Part shown: one piece after another, positions 15,139 through 24,985 of the stretch | Layout of the letters: every line of letters starts with the position of its first letter | Position numbering within the stretch: position 1 is the stretch's first letter | DNA from: an uncultured Candidatus Saccharibacteria bacterium | Lineage (GTDB): Bacteria > Patescibacteriota > Saccharimonadia > Saccharimonadales > Saccharimonadaceae | DNA length: 42,165 nt | Direction of reading: 5' to 3' | Assembly (NCBI GenBank): GCA_964629385.1 | Contig: CAZVUR010000001.1 | Location: forward strand, 1-42,165 | Program-made: the position numbers and the translations under genes | The notes under the pieces: generated by a model | Seen by the model: the letters and a program-made list of their open reading frames with translations, nothing else | What the model was told of the DNA's origin: nothing | Database searches by the model: none

Positions 15139-15786
15139 TTATTTTTCAGTGTATTCAAATGTACTTGAAACGTATTGATCAAATAGTGAGCGTGCTTGCA
15201 CTTGTAGGGCTAGTAGCGAGGCGCCTACCCACACCAGCAGCCATAGGAATGACTGATGAACAACAGAAACAACCGATCCACCAACGCCGTTTTGGTTCAA
15301 ATCATCAAGCGTGATTCCTCCGACAAGCAGGAATGTACCCGCCAGAACATAGGCAATACCGCTAAATGACGTAAATGCCATAACGATAGCCAAACTAAGC
15401 CGCCCATATACCGCAGCTGCGCCAGCAAGAATTGCCCCCGCTAGTGCGAGTAAGAATACCAAGAATCCGTCTTGGTTCAACCCAACTGCTTCACCCATGA
15501 ATGCGAACGCTGCCGCGCCAAGCATAGCGATACACACAATTACTGCTACTTCAAAGAACGCGTACGAAAGAATTGCTAGCAGCAGTCCTAAAAGTATAGC
15601 CACCAGCACGGCGATTGACGTTGCCACCACGCCCGTGCCGAAGACGGCTTGCGTCCCGATAAAACCAGCCATCGCACCAGTGACAAGCCCGATGATCGGC
15701 AACAGTAGCCTAAAGAGCTTGACGCCCATGAACGCCACAAGTAAGCCAAAGGCTATTAATAATATGCTCAGTATAAACATACACAC
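15139..15786 (-). CDS. Polytopic membrane protein, hypothetical (Gly/Ala-rich TM helices)
   Basis: 215 aa, ~7 hydrophobic segments. In tandem with the 14798 gene. Confidence 0.5.
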   Translation of the reverse strand: MCMFILSILLIAFGLLVAFMGVKLFRLLLPIIGLVTGAMAGFIGTQAVFGTGVVATSIAVLVAILLGLLLAILSYAFFEVAVIVCIAMLGAAAFAFMGEAVGLNQDGFLVFLLALAGAILAGAAAVYGRLSLAIVMAFTSFSGIAYVLAGTFLLVGGITLDDLNQNGVGGSVVSVVHQSFLWLLVWVGASLLALQVQARSLFDQYVSSTFEYTEK

Positions 15787-15826
15787 CTCCTAAACGTTGT
15801 ATAAATATAGTTATACAACCACTTAG

Positions 15827-16081
15827 TTATATGTACAACTGTTTTTTAAGGTTTATGCCAATTGGTGAAAAAATCTTCACTTTGAAGCATATAGCATAAG
15901 CGCGTATACTTGTAGTAGCTATGTACGTACTGGCGTGCTTATATGAGCCCGACTTTTTACTTACAAGCTCATTAACATCTGCGTCAATTCTCACCGGGAA
16001 GCGACGTTTCATATTCTTACAGTGAAGGTAGTAAACAGATTCACCCTGAGCGGTCGGTGACTCCTTTCTATTTTCGCTCAC
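15827..16081 (-). CDS. Hypothetical protein
   Basis: An 84-aa ORF only. No motifs recognised. Confidence 0.3.
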   Translation of the reverse strand: MSENRKESPTAQGESVYYLHCKNMKRRFPVRIDADVNELVSKKSGSYKHASTYIATTSIRAYAICFKVKIFSPIGINLKKQLYI

Positions 16082-16144
16082 ACAACTCCAAAATCCGTTC
16101 GCTAATTAATAACATTAGCTCTTGCCAACTCGGTAAGACTGGGA

Positions 16145-16405
16145 GTGAATATGAAAAACATTACTATCAACAAACCGGTACACGTCACAGCACTTGGTTT
16201 CAAAAAGAATCTAAGTACGTACCCTCGCCAAATCGAGTTTAACGGCCACATTTACGACTTTGTAGATGCCGGCCTAAGCTGTTTGGTGAAAAAGGGCAGT
16301 CTGGCAAGTCAAATTTTGACATTAACAGACGGCCGTTCGCAGTTTCGACTGCGAAGTGACAATCATGGTGGACTCTGGACATTGCTCAGTATGAGTGCAG
16401 CCTAG
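16145..16405 (+). CDS. Hypothetical protein
   Basis: 86-aa ORF with GGGAGTGAAT immediately upstream of the ATG. Confidence 0.4.
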   Translation: MNMKNITINKPVHVTALGFKKNLSTYPRQIEFNGHIYDFVDAGLSCLVKKGSLASQILTLTDGRSQFRLRSDNHGGLWTLLSMSAA

Positions 16406-16427
16406 AATCTATCAGCAAAATACCCCT

Positions 16428-16949
16428 CTACAAAGGGGTATTTTTGTTTGGTACATATATACGTTTTTCAGTTACTACCACGTTCAAGTATTCGTCATGA
16501 GGTTCAGCCGGTATATAATCGACACGTTGCAACTCATACGCCAAGCCAATTTTTTGTGCATGTGGCTGCATACTCAAAAATCTGTCGTACCATCCACCAC
16601 CAAAGCCAATTCTATGGCCACTAGTATCAAACGCTACAAGTGGCACTAATATTACGTCATAGCTACCAGTAGGAATCAACGCATGCTTGGATGGAGTGCC
16701 TTTGGTAATAGTAATCGCAGGAAATTCTTCAGCAAGAAAAGTACAAATACCACCCGTGTCGACTTCATTCATTCCAACCTGAGACGTATATACGTGCACC
16801 AGATGTACCTGGCTCCAATTAACGCTCGTTCGCGTACGGGCGGTAATACGAGTATTATACTCAGCAACCTCCTGGGACTGCAGTTGGTTACGACGCCGGA
16901 GAATAGTGTGGCGAATGTCTATTTTATCCATGCATGTAAGTATACTCAC
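16428..16949 (-). CDS. 5-formyltetrahydrofolate cyclo-ligase
   Basis: LVPLVAFDTSGHRIGFGGGWYDRFL motif and size (173 aa). Confidence 0.8.
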   Translation of the reverse strand: MSILTCMDKIDIRHTILRRRNQLQSQEVAEYNTRITARTRTSVNWSQVHLVHVYTSQVGMNEVDTGGICTFLAEEFPAITITKGTPSKHALIPTGSYDVILVPLVAFDTSGHRIGFGGGWYDRFLSMQPHAQKIGLAYELQRVDYIPAEPHDEYLNVVVTEKRIYVPNKNTPL

Positions 16950-17083
16950 TCTACGCTACTAGACAAAATATTTTACTTATGCTATAATGAAAAGATAAAG
17001 GTGCAAGAAGCACCTGGATGAATACCGAAATTATTGTAAAATCTCTTCTTTACTCCTGATTCCGACCGTTCATCAATAGATAC

Positions 17084-18346
17084 ATGAACGAAAGGATATT
17101 CATGACTCAAACCAGCAGCCGCCCATTTCGCGCGCGCAAAAACTTTAAATCCGGCCACAATGCACGGCCAGCTCGTTTTGGCGGTAAGCCAAACGGTAAT
17201 AAATTTGGTGCCAAGAAAAATGGTGCTCGTAAAGCATACATTCATCCATCAAAGTTCATTAACCGCACACCAACCGAAGCGCGTGCTGTAGAATACGAAC
17301 CAACACACACGTTTGACGATTTTGCATTAGCACCAGCCATTAAAAAGAGCTTGGCTCATATTGGCTTCACAAAGCCAAGCGCTATTCAAGACCAAGCAAT
17401 CCCACATGTACTAGAAGGCCGTGATGTAATTGGGCTCGCTAACACAGGTACTGGCAAGACCGCGGCGTTTCTACTCCCAATCTTGAGCCATTTAGCCACC
17501 AAGCCAGACCTTATGAGCGTGCTGATTATGGCGCCGACTCGTGAACTTGCTCAGCAAATTAATGATGAAGTTCGTAAGTTCTCATATGGCATGCGCCTGT
17601 ACTCAACGGTTGTGGTTGGTGGTGCCAATATTGACCGCCAAATCCGCGATATTAAACGTCGACCGCACATTATTATCGGTACACCAGGCCGTTTAAAAGA
17701 CTTGATTGACCGCGGTGCTTTGCGCCTAGACATGATTAATCATTTCGTGCTTGATGAAGCCGACCGTATGCTCGACATGGGATTCGTAGCCGACATACGC
17801 CGCGTTGCCAGTTTATTACCTGATGAACGCCAAACCCTTTGTTTTTCAGCGACTATTACACCTGCCATTCAAACACTGATTCATGAGTTCTTGAAGAACC
17901 CGGAAACTGTTTCTGTACGAACTGGTGAAACTAGTGACCATGTACTCCAGGACATCGTGGAAGCAACCGATAAAGCCCACAAGCATACCCTACTTACAGA
18001 AATGCTCCTAAAAGATGAGTTTGAAAAAGTTCTCGTGTTCGGTGAAACCAAGTTTGGTGTACAACGCCTGAGCGACAGCCTAACGAACGCCGGCATTAAG
18101 TCAGAGGCTATCCATGGCAACAAGTCACAGTCACAGCGCCAGCGTGCGCTTAACGCCTTCAAAGCGAATAATGTACGCGTACTGGTTGCAACCGATGTTG
18201 CCGCCCGCGGTCTAGATATTCCGAATGTCAGTCATGTTATTAACTTCGACACTCCGGCAACGTACGAAGATTACGTTCACCGGATTGGCCGAACTGGCCG
18301 CGGTGGTGCACACGGTACAGCTTACACATTCGTTGATAAACGTTAA
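17084..18346 (+). CDS. DEAD-box ATP-dependent RNA helicase
   Basis: Q-motif region, ANTGTGKT, DEAD, SAT and HRIGRTGRGG. Confidence 0.9.
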   Translation: MNERIFMTQTSSRPFRARKNFKSGHNARPARFGGKPNGNKFGAKKNGARKAYIHPSKFINRTPTEARAVEYEPTHTFDDFALAPAIKKSLAHIGFTKPSAIQDQAIPHVLEGRDVIGLANTGTGKTAAFLLPILSHLATKPDLMSVLIMAPTRELAQQINDEVRKFSYGMRLYSTVVVGGANIDRQIRDIKRRPHIIIGTPGRLKDLIDRGALRLDMINHFVLDEADRMLDMGFVADIRRVASLLPDERQTLCFSATITPAIQTLIHEFLKNPETVSVRTGETSDHVLQDIVEATDKAHKHTLLTEMLLKDEFEKVLVFGETKFGVQRLSDSLTNAGIKSEAIHGNKSQSQRQRALNAFKANNVRVLVATDVAARGLDIPNVSHVINFDTPATYEDYVHRIGRTGRGGAHGTAYTFVDKR

Positions 18347-18355
18347 AATAGTTAC

Positions 18356-19642
18356 ATGTCGAAATTTCCGATTGTTGAAACGAAACTCCATACCATTGTT
18401 GGTGGTGGCCAAGCCTTAGGAGAATTCACCGATGGACGCAAGCTGTTTGTGTGGGGTGGACTTCCTGGTGAAACAGTTAAAGTACAGCTAACAAAAAAAC
18501 GTTCTAAACTTGTGGAGGGCAAAGTTGTTGATGTTATTGAAGCGAGCCAAGAACGAGTAGAACCAGCAGACAAAACCAGTTATCTGTCTACCAGCCCGTG
18601 GCAAATCATGAAACCCGACGCAGAAACGCATTATAAAGCGGCCCTCATCGAGGAAGCGTTCGAACTTCATGATATTGTGTTGCCGAATGCCATTGAAGTA
18701 AAAACCGACGGCGTGCGCTACGGCTACCGCAATAAGGTTGAGTTCAGTTTTTACTGGGACACCGAAAAGAATTTGCTTGACTTAGCGTTTTTTGTGCGCG
18801 GCAGTAAAGGCAAGATACCAGTTGAAGGTACGTCACTCGCCCGCGATGAAATTAATATTTTAGCCCGCGAGATTCGTGATATCTTGCGCACCAAAAACAT
18901 CGAAGCCCGTTCGTTAAAAACGCTCCTAATCCGCTGCGATCAAAACGGTAATTGCGTGTGGCAACTGTACGTAAAAGATGAATTACCAAATATCATCACA
19001 GACACTGAAGCCAAGAAACTTAATGCACAGGGCGGGGAAATCATTTACTCAGATCCAAAAAGCCCAGCCAGCCGTATTACAAAGCGCCTGGCTTCATTCG
19101 GTAATATCGTGCTACATGATGCAATTCGCGGGGTAGATTTTTCGTATGCAACCGAAGGATTTTTTCAGGTGAATATTCCTATGTACGAAACTGCTCTTTC
19201 TGATATGAAATCATGGTTACAAGAGGGCAACGTAGTGGATATGTACAGCGGCGTTGGCACGATCGGATTAACGATTGGCGGCCCAAAAACGACATTGATT
19301 GAAATCGACGAACACGCCGTTCGCGAAATGAATGCTAATATTACATCACTCCAGTCTTCGGCTGTTGCGGTGCATGCCGCCAGCGAGTCGGCCGTGGAGT
19401 ACATTACTAACGATGCATGTATTATTCTAGACCCGCCCCGTGCCGGGCTTCATCAAGATGTTATTGCAAGATTACTCGAAACAAAGCCAAATCGCATAAT
19501 TTATTTAAGCTGTAATCCGGTTACACAAGCCCGTGACGTTGCGTTACTTGCCGATGTATATGGCATTAAAGCCCATACCGGCTATAATTTCTTCCCAGCT
19601 ACCCCGCATATCGAGCATTTGGTTGTGCTTGATAGAAAATAG
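18356..19642 (+). CDS. RumA/TrmA-family RNA (uracil-5-)-methyltransferase with an N-terminal TRAM-like domain
   Basis: FFQVN, DMYSGVGTIGL, DPPRAG and YLSCNP motifs. Confidence 0.8.
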   Translation: MSKFPIVETKLHTIVGGGQALGEFTDGRKLFVWGGLPGETVKVQLTKKRSKLVEGKVVDVIEASQERVEPADKTSYLSTSPWQIMKPDAETHYKAALIEEAFELHDIVLPNAIEVKTDGVRYGYRNKVEFSFYWDTEKNLLDLAFFVRGSKGKIPVEGTSLARDEINILAREIRDILRTKNIEARSLKTLLIRCDQNGNCVWQLYVKDELPNIITDTEAKKLNAQGGEIIYSDPKSPASRITKRLASFGNIVLHDAIRGVDFSYATEGFFQVNIPMYETALSDMKSWLQEGNVVDMYSGVGTIGLTIGGPKTTLIEIDEHAVREMNANITSLQSSAVAVHAASESAVEYITNDACIILDPPRAGLHQDVIARLLETKPNRIIYLSCNPVTQARDVALLADVYGIKAHTGYNFFPATPHIEHLVVLDRK

Positions 19643-19811
19643 CTGCGTCTAACGTGCCAATGTAAAGAATCCGCGGGTTATACAAGCCTCAAGGTCATTT
19701 TCTTTAGAGATTACCATAAAGCGACTGCAACCAAGAAATGTCCCTGCTAAGCCAGAGACATTTTTTTGCGTGTAAGAGGGTAATTGAAAAAGAGGATGGC
19801 CTTGAGGTGCT

Positions 19812-20300
19812 TTATAAAGCTTTAATACGCCGATAAGCAAACTTTGTTGCAACCCGCCAGTTCGTTTTGGCATCTGTATCAAATTGTTTGACCTCACCAT
19901 TTTTTACTTCGGATATTTGCACCAACGCTGGGTTATACGGCGCTAACGTTCGATAATAAATCAAATCGCTGTCGGCTGGATTAGACCTGCCAGGAAACAC
20001 CTTTTTGAATTTATCGCGACCAATATCGTCAAAGTACGCCGGTTGGCCTTTTGGTGGTAAATAAAGCTCGGCAACCAGCCCCATACGGCTGACGATTTTT
20101 TGAATATCACCAAGTAAGAGTTTCGATGTACCATGCACATACAAATAGAGCTGCTTCTTGGTTGTTAGGAATAACGTTGCTTCGGCCACACGACTTACCG
20201 GCACATTCCGGACCACCACGAAGTCAATATCAACAGGCATGGCGAATTTAGTTTTCGCAATCTGTTCGAGCGCCATATCATCGTATACGCTACTGTTCAT
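19812..20300 (-). CDS. Hypothetical protein
   Basis: 162-aa ORF with native composition. No family recognised. Confidence 0.45.
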   Translation of the reverse strand: MNSSVYDDMALEQIAKTKFAMPVDIDFVVVRNVPVSRVAEATLFLTTKKQLYLYVHGTSKLLLGDIQKIVSRMGLVAELYLPPKGQPAYFDDIGRDKFKKVFPGRSNPADSDLIYYRTLAPYNPALVQISEVKNGEVKQFDTDAKTNWRVATKFAYRRIKAL

Positions 20301-20355
20301 ACAGCCATTGTACCACTAGGACTACAGATGTGCATTTACTGATACAATATTAGTA

Positions 20356-23300
20356 ATGGACTTTGAGACTCGCTATAAAAAATTGAACGCACGTCAAAAG
20401 CAGGCGGTTGACACGATCGACGGGCCGTTAATGGTGGTCGCAGGTCCTGGCACAGGCAAAACAGAGCTTCTTAGCATGCGCGCTGCCAATATTCTCAAAA
20501 GTACCGATACCGCACCCGAAAACATATTATGCTTAACATTTACCGAAAGTGGTGCCACAGCTATGCGCCAGCGACTAAGCGAGATTATTGGCGCCGATGC
20601 TTATAAAGTCGCTATCCATACCTTTCACAGTTTTGGTAGTGAAATCATCAATCAAAACGGTGAATATTTTTACCAAGGGGCAAATTTTCGGCCAGCTTCC
20701 GACTTACATGCTTACGAATTGCTCCGGTCGATTTTTGACACCCTTGATTTTTCGAACCCGCTGGCCGGCAGGATGAACGACGAATATACCCACCTAAGCG
20801 ATACGCTGACTGTCATATCAGAGCTTAAAAAAAGCGGTTTGACGAACGAAGAATTATTACAAGTACTTGATTCCAACGAAAGTGTGCTTGATATGGTGGA
20901 ACGTGATATCGCCGGTGTATTTTCGTCTCGGGTGTCATCCAAAACCGCCGCCCAGCTGTCGCCAATCGCCACACGACTCGCTAGCATGCCTACCCATGCC
21001 ATGCCGCCGGGAATCGCGCCACTGGCGAACGTGTTGGCACTCAGTATTGCCCATGCGGTTGACGACGCTGCCGACAGCGACTCCACCAAGCCTATTACTA
21101 CCTGGAAAAATCGTTATCTCGAAAAAAACGAAAAAGGCGAGCTGGTGTTCAAAGATCGACGACGAACAGCCAAACTGCGTGCCTTGAGCTTTATTTACTA
21201 CCAATACTTGGTTGGCATGCAGGAATCTGAGCTGTACGACTTTGACGACATGGTGCTTCGTGTCGTTCACGCCATGGAGGTATTTCCGGACTTACGTTTC
21301 AACCTGCAAGAAAAATATTTGTATATCATGGTTGACGAGTTCCAAGATACAAACCTAGCTCAGGCCCGCATACTGCATAATCTTACGGCTACGCCAACTG
21401 GTGATACGCCAAATATCATGGTAGTGGGCGACGACGACCAAGCAATCTATAGTTTCCAGGGCGCCGAAATTGGCAATATATTGAATTTTCGCGATCGGTA
21501 CGAGGATTCTACGATTATCACACTTACCGACAACTATCGTTCAGCAGAGGCAATACTTACGAAGGCCAGCTCGGTGATTCGACAGGGAAATGAGCGACTC
21601 GAGCGCTACTTAGAAGAAGTTGATAAAACGCTTACCGCTCATCATAGCAGTAAACGTGCAGATGTGCGATTAACCGAATATCAGCACGTAGAGGATGAAA
21701 GGTACGGTATAGCAGCGGCCATCAAAGCACAGCTTGAAGCCGGTGTTGATCCAAGCTCAATCGCAGTATTGGCCCGGCGCCACCATGAGCTCGTATCGCT
21801 TCTTCCGTATTTTGCCGAACAAGGCATTACCGTCAATTACGAGCGCCGTGATAACGTACTTGATTCCCATGCTGTCGAGCAACTGCTGCTGCTTTCAAGA
21901 ATCGTATGTTACTTACATGGTGGTGATATAAGCCAAGCTGACGCCTTACTACCACAATTACTTAGCCACCCCGCCTGGGGCTACGATACACCAACCCTAT
22001 GGAAACTGAGCCTGGCAGCATACAAAAATCGGGGTAGCTGGCTTGAACAAATGGCGACCGTACCTGAGTTCATTCCACTGCATACCTGGCTGCTCGAAAC
22101 ATCTCGATTAGTAGCAACCGATCCAGCGGAGCACCTGATTGATGTGTTAACTGGCGTACCAGACGAGACATCTAACGCAGCCTACACCTCACCGTTGTAT
22201 GACTATTTCTTCGGCGGCGACAATCATAAGAATAAGCTCGATGATTACATCGTACATCTTGAAGCGCTACGGAGCATCCGGGCTGCGCTGCGTGAATATC
22301 GCCCAGGCGAACGGTTACTATTAAGCGATTTCATAGGGTTCATTGACCTCCATACGCATGTTGGCCAAGCAATTACCAGTCTGCGGGTACGTTCCGACAC
22401 CATGCCTGCCGCCATTAATTTACTTACGGCGCATAAGTCAAAAGGGCTCGAATACGACCACGTGTACGTAGTAGGAGCGATTGATTCATCGTGGGGCGAG
22501 CAGGTTCGTAGCCGTTCGCGCCTGATTGGGTATCCGGATAACCTTCCTATTCGCCCAAGCGGCGACTCGCTCGATGAGCGGTTACGGTTGTTCTTCGTGG
22601 CCATGACCAGAGCTCGCACCACGCTCTCAATCAGCTATTCGCTTACCGATGCAAATGGCAAAAACACGCTGCCCGCAAGTTTTTTGGTGAACGAGCAGTG
22701 GCAACCAATAAAGGCTATTACGCCAAACGGCGTACCGCATCTAGCTAAGCAGCTACAGCAAGAATGGTATAGCCCATATGTGGCGCTAGAGCAACCACAT
22801 ATGAAAGATTTGTTAGCCCATACGCTAGAATCATATAAGCTCAGTGTGACACACCTCACGTCGTTTTTGGATGTCACACGCGGCGGCCCGCAATATTTCC
22901 TGCTGAATAACTTGTTACGTTTTCCTAAAAGCAAACACCCGAGTGCCCAGTACGGTTCAGCCATTCACGAGGCCTTGCAACGGGCACACCTGCATGTTGC
23001 CGCCACCGGAATGAAAAAGCCACTCGAAGACATTTTGCAGGATTTTGAGCAAATCCTTGGTAAATACGTCATGAATGAACACGACTACAAAATATATTTA
23101 CAGCGCGGTACTACCAGTCTCAGCACATTTTTAGCCGCCCAGTACGAATCTTTTAGCGAGCATCAAAAAGTTGAGCTTAACTTTGCTAACCAACAAAGCA
23201 GGGTGGGCGACGCCGTATTGACCGGGTCGTTAGACCTTGTAGACATGGACGATAAGGCAAAAACAATGATTGTCACCGATTATAAAACCGGCGCGCCATC

Positions 23301-23649
23301 AAGCAAGTGGCAGGGCAAGACTGATAGCGAAAAACTAAAACTGCACAAGTACCGCCAACAACTATTATTCTATAAACTTATGTGCGAGAACTCCCGTGAT
23401 TATTCAAGCTACACTGTAACAAGTGGGGTTCTGCAATTTGTTGAGCCGAGTCCTAGTGGCGACATCCACGCACTTAGCCTGGATCTCGACTCAAGCGAGC
23501 TTGATCGTATGAGTAAACTCATCAATGCGGTTTGGCAAAAAATTATGAATTGCGATTTTCCTGACACGAGCGAATACGATGCCAGCTATAAGGGCGTTTT
23601 GGCATTCGAAGAAGACTTACTAAACGACTACGACGGCAAGTCTGACTAG
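20356..23649 (+). CDS. UvrD/PcrA/AddA-type helicase with a C-terminal PD-(D/E)xK nuclease domain
   Basis: GPGTGKT, DEFQDTN, VGDDDQAIYSFQGA, NYRS, and a C-terminal LDLVD...VTDYKTG nuclease motif. Confidence 0.85.
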   Translation: MDFETRYKKLNARQKQAVDTIDGPLMVVAGPGTGKTELLSMRAANILKSTDTAPENILCLTFTESGATAMRQRLSEIIGADAYKVAIHTFHSFGSEIINQNGEYFYQGANFRPASDLHAYELLRSIFDTLDFSNPLAGRMNDEYTHLSDTLTVISELKKSGLTNEELLQVLDSNESVLDMVERDIAGVFSSRVSSKTAAQLSPIATRLASMPTHAMPPGIAPLANVLALSIAHAVDDAADSDSTKPITTWKNRYLEKNEKGELVFKDRRRTAKLRALSFIYYQYLVGMQESELYDFDDMVLRVVHAMEVFPDLRFNLQEKYLYIMVDEFQDTNLAQARILHNLTATPTGDTPNIMVVGDDDQAIYSFQGAEIGNILNFRDRYEDSTIITLTDNYRSAEAILTKASSVIRQGNERLERYLEEVDKTLTAHHSSKRADVRLTEYQHVEDERYGIAAAIKAQLEAGVDPSSIAVLARRHHELVSLLPYFAEQGITVNYERRDNVLDSHAVEQLLLLSRIVCYLHGGDISQADALLPQLLSHPAWGYDTPTLWKLSLAAYKNRGSWLEQMATVPEFIPLHTWLLETSRLVATDPAEHLIDVLTGVPDETSNAAYTSPLYDYFFGGDNHKNKLDDYIVHLEALRSIRAALREYRPGERLLLSDFIGFIDLHTHVGQAITSLRVRSDTMPAAINLLTAHKSKGLEYDHVYVVGAIDSSWGEQVRSRSRLIGYPDNLPIRPSGDSLDERLRLFFVAMTRARTTLSISYSLTDANGKNTLPASFLVNEQWQPIKAITPNGVPHLAKQLQQEWYSPYVALEQPHMKDLLAHTLESYKLSVTHLTSFLDVTRGGPQYFLLNNLLRFPKSKHPSAQYGSAIHEALQRAHLHVAATGMKKPLEDILQDFEQILGKYVMNEHDYKIYLQRGTTSLSTFLAAQYESFSEHQKVELNFANQQSRVGDAVLTGSLDLVDMDDKAKTMIVTDYKTGAPSSKWQGKTDSEKLKLHKYRQQLLFYKLMCENSRDYSSYTVTSGVLQFVEPSPSGDIHALSLDLDSSELDRMSKLINAVWQKIMNCDFPDTSEYDASYKGVLAFEEDLLNDYDGKSD

Positions 23650-23652
23650 CTA

Positions 23653-23681
23653 TTGACACATTGTTTATTTAGCGGTAAAAT
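23653..23681 (+). promoter_or_regulatory. Sigma70 promoter P4 driving GC-rich unit 4
   Basis: TTGACA (23653-23658), 17 nt, TAAAAT (23676-23681). It starts 4 nt after the helicase stop codon. Confidence 0.7.
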
Positions 23682-23772
23682 ACTAGTGATTTTGAGAGTT
23701 GAGGCTCGTATTCTGTGCTGTACAATTTGAGGTAAAGCGTAGTATACGCGCCTCCTGTCAAAATCGAACTTT

Positions 23773-24316
23773 GACAGGATGGTGCCTTAGTGCGAACGGG
23801 CAGGGATCCGAGGACTCGTAACATTGTTCTCGCAGAAGATTCATTCTCTGTCCGTTCGACCAAACCTCCGGGCGTGGTGGGGCCCGAGACCCATTGCGCC
23901 CGGAGCCAAGTGCCCAGGCGGGCACGGTGCAAAACGAGGAGGGAGCAGCCGTCACACGCTGACAATTCTCGATGGAGGAACACCGTGTCCGCCTGTGGCC
24001 CATGCGAATGGCTACATGGCAGTGCTCCTTGTATCCGGGACTTCCGGAGCAAGCGTTCAATATACGACACCTTGAGAGGAGGTGATCGCATGGCAACCAC
24101 CGAGGAGACCAGGCAGGCCATCATGGCCGTCTCCAACGGCCAGGCCAGCAGGGAGCAGCAGGAGATCGCAAGGCGCGCGGCTCAGCAGGCTGGCTCCATG
24201 GGCAACAGTGCCCGGGAGGCCTTCAAGGGCAAGAAGTGAGCCAGCGAGGGCGATCATCTTCGCAGTGGGGGCGGGCTTACCCAGCCGCCCCCACCCGAGA
24301 CTGGTACCATCCTGTC
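23773..24316 (+). other. GC-rich cargo of unit 4, enclosed by a 14-bp long-range helix
   Basis: GACAGGATGGTGCC (23773-23786) is complementary to GGTACCATCCTGTC (24303-24316) with one G:U. It contains a ~300-nt structured leader plus a small ORF. Confidence 0.6.
24090..24239 (+). CDS. GC-rich foreign small ORF 4 (49 aa)
   Basis: ATG lies 5-6 nt after GAGAGGAGGTG. Sequence MATTEETRQAIMAVSNGQASREQQEIARRAAQQAGSMGNSAREAFKGKK with G/C-rich third positions. The in-frame upstream stretch from 23790 looks non-coding. Confidence 0.55.
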   Translation: MATTEETRQAIMAVSNGQASREQQEIARRAAQQAGSMGNSAREAFKGKK

Positions 24317-24365
24317 CGTCTCACATTACACATGAATTATTCGTGTGCAGCGTGAGACGTTTTTA
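24317..24365 (+). terminator. Intrinsic terminator of unit 4
   Basis: CGTCTCAC...GTGAGACG followed by TTTTT. The left arm GTCTCACATT is shared with the unit 5 terminator. Confidence 0.7.
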
Positions 24366-24394
24366 TTGACGATTCAAACTAAAAGTGATAAAAT
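24366..24394 (+). promoter_or_regulatory. Sigma70 promoter P5 driving GC-rich unit 5
   Basis: TTGACG (24366-24371), 17 nt, TAAAAT (24389-24394) with TG at 24386-24387. Confidence 0.7.
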
Positions 24395-24650
24395 CTATTT
24401 TACTTGGTCGAGTAGGCAACGAACATATCGAGTGATATGTTTTGAACGCGGTTTGTTCGTTGTCTATTCCTAAGTGTTTTTTAACAGGAATAGCGTACAA
24501 GAATTCACCGGGGTATCCCCGTTGCCTTGGTGAATGGGGTATCATTCTTCGCAGCGGCTTACGCAGTCTGCTCCGATAGTGGTCTGCAATGGCTTCTAGA
24601 GTGGAGAACGATACAGGGTGCTGAGTCCGGCTCGGCAAAGCACCCACCCG

Positions 24651-24723
24651 GGGGCGTTGGCGCAGATGGTAGCGCGCTCACCTAATACGTGAGAGGTCGC
24701 AGGTTCGAGCCCTGTGCGTCCCA
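24651..24723 (+). tRNA. GC-rich tRNA with anticodon AAU (formally Ile), CC but not CCA encoded
   Basis: Hand-folded canonical cloverleaf: GGGGCGT/GCGTCCC acceptor (two G:U), U8, GCGC/GCGC D-stem with G18G19, CTCAC/GTGAG anticodon stem, loop CTAATAC, T-loop TTCGAGC, discriminator A. Confidence 0.7.
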
Positions 24724-24795
24724 CCGGAACAAGCAGGCCGCAAAAGGAGTCGGCCGTCGTGCTTTCCTCGCTCGGTATGCACACTTGTTCCATCC

Positions 24796-24834
24796 GGGAC
24801 CGGAGGCTTCGCACATACCGTTGCCTCCGGTCCC
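24796..24834 (+). other. 12-bp perfect GC hairpin downstream of the GC-rich tRNA (high-GC-style terminator or processing hairpin)
   Basis: GGGACCGGAGGC-15 nt-GCCTCCGGTCCC with no T-run. Confidence 0.5.
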
Positions 24835-24985
24835 GCCCCACCCAAAGCTTCTCATTTATCGGCGCCAACCACCTGTTTAGTGGCGCGACGATAACTAGGA
24901 GGGGAGACCCCGGGCCCTTCTCTGTTTGCCGCTGCGCGGGAACGGTCCGGGGAACTTCCCTTGCTCTAAGACGCTATTCCTGTGT

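Larger units (their letters stand above)
24484..24983 (+). other. GC-rich cargo of unit 5, enclosed by a 13-bp perfect long-range helix
   Basis: ACAGGAATAGCGT (24484-24496) is complementary to ACGCTATTCCTGT (24971-24983). It contains structured RNA-like sequence and a tRNA, with no credible ORF. Confidence 0.6.

Noticed and set aside
19649-19900. ORF 19649-19900(-) in the convergent intergenic region after the methyltransferase gene.
   Set aside because: It overlaps the 3' end of the 19812-20300 gene and a terminator-like hairpin (AAATGTC...GACATTT plus a T-run). No RBS is present, so it is likely spurious.
23688-24089. Identity of the unit 4 leader, or of unit 7, as RNase P RNA, tmRNA, SRP RNA or a known riboswitch.
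   Set aside because: I could not find the diagnostic motifs. These are GAGGAAAGUCC / ACAGAAnCCGGCUUA for RNase P, a tag ORF plus tRNA-Ala-like end for tmRNA, GGAAGCAGCC for SRP, and the TPP or B12 boxes. The question stays open pending an Infernal/Rfam scan.
23754-24983. Retron msr-msd, or DGR template, suggested by flanking inverted repeats that close a structured region.
   Set aside because: No reverse transcriptase gene is in or next to these loci. The enclosed regions (~500 nt, containing an ORF or a tRNA) are much larger than retron ncRNAs. No template/variable repeat pair was seen.
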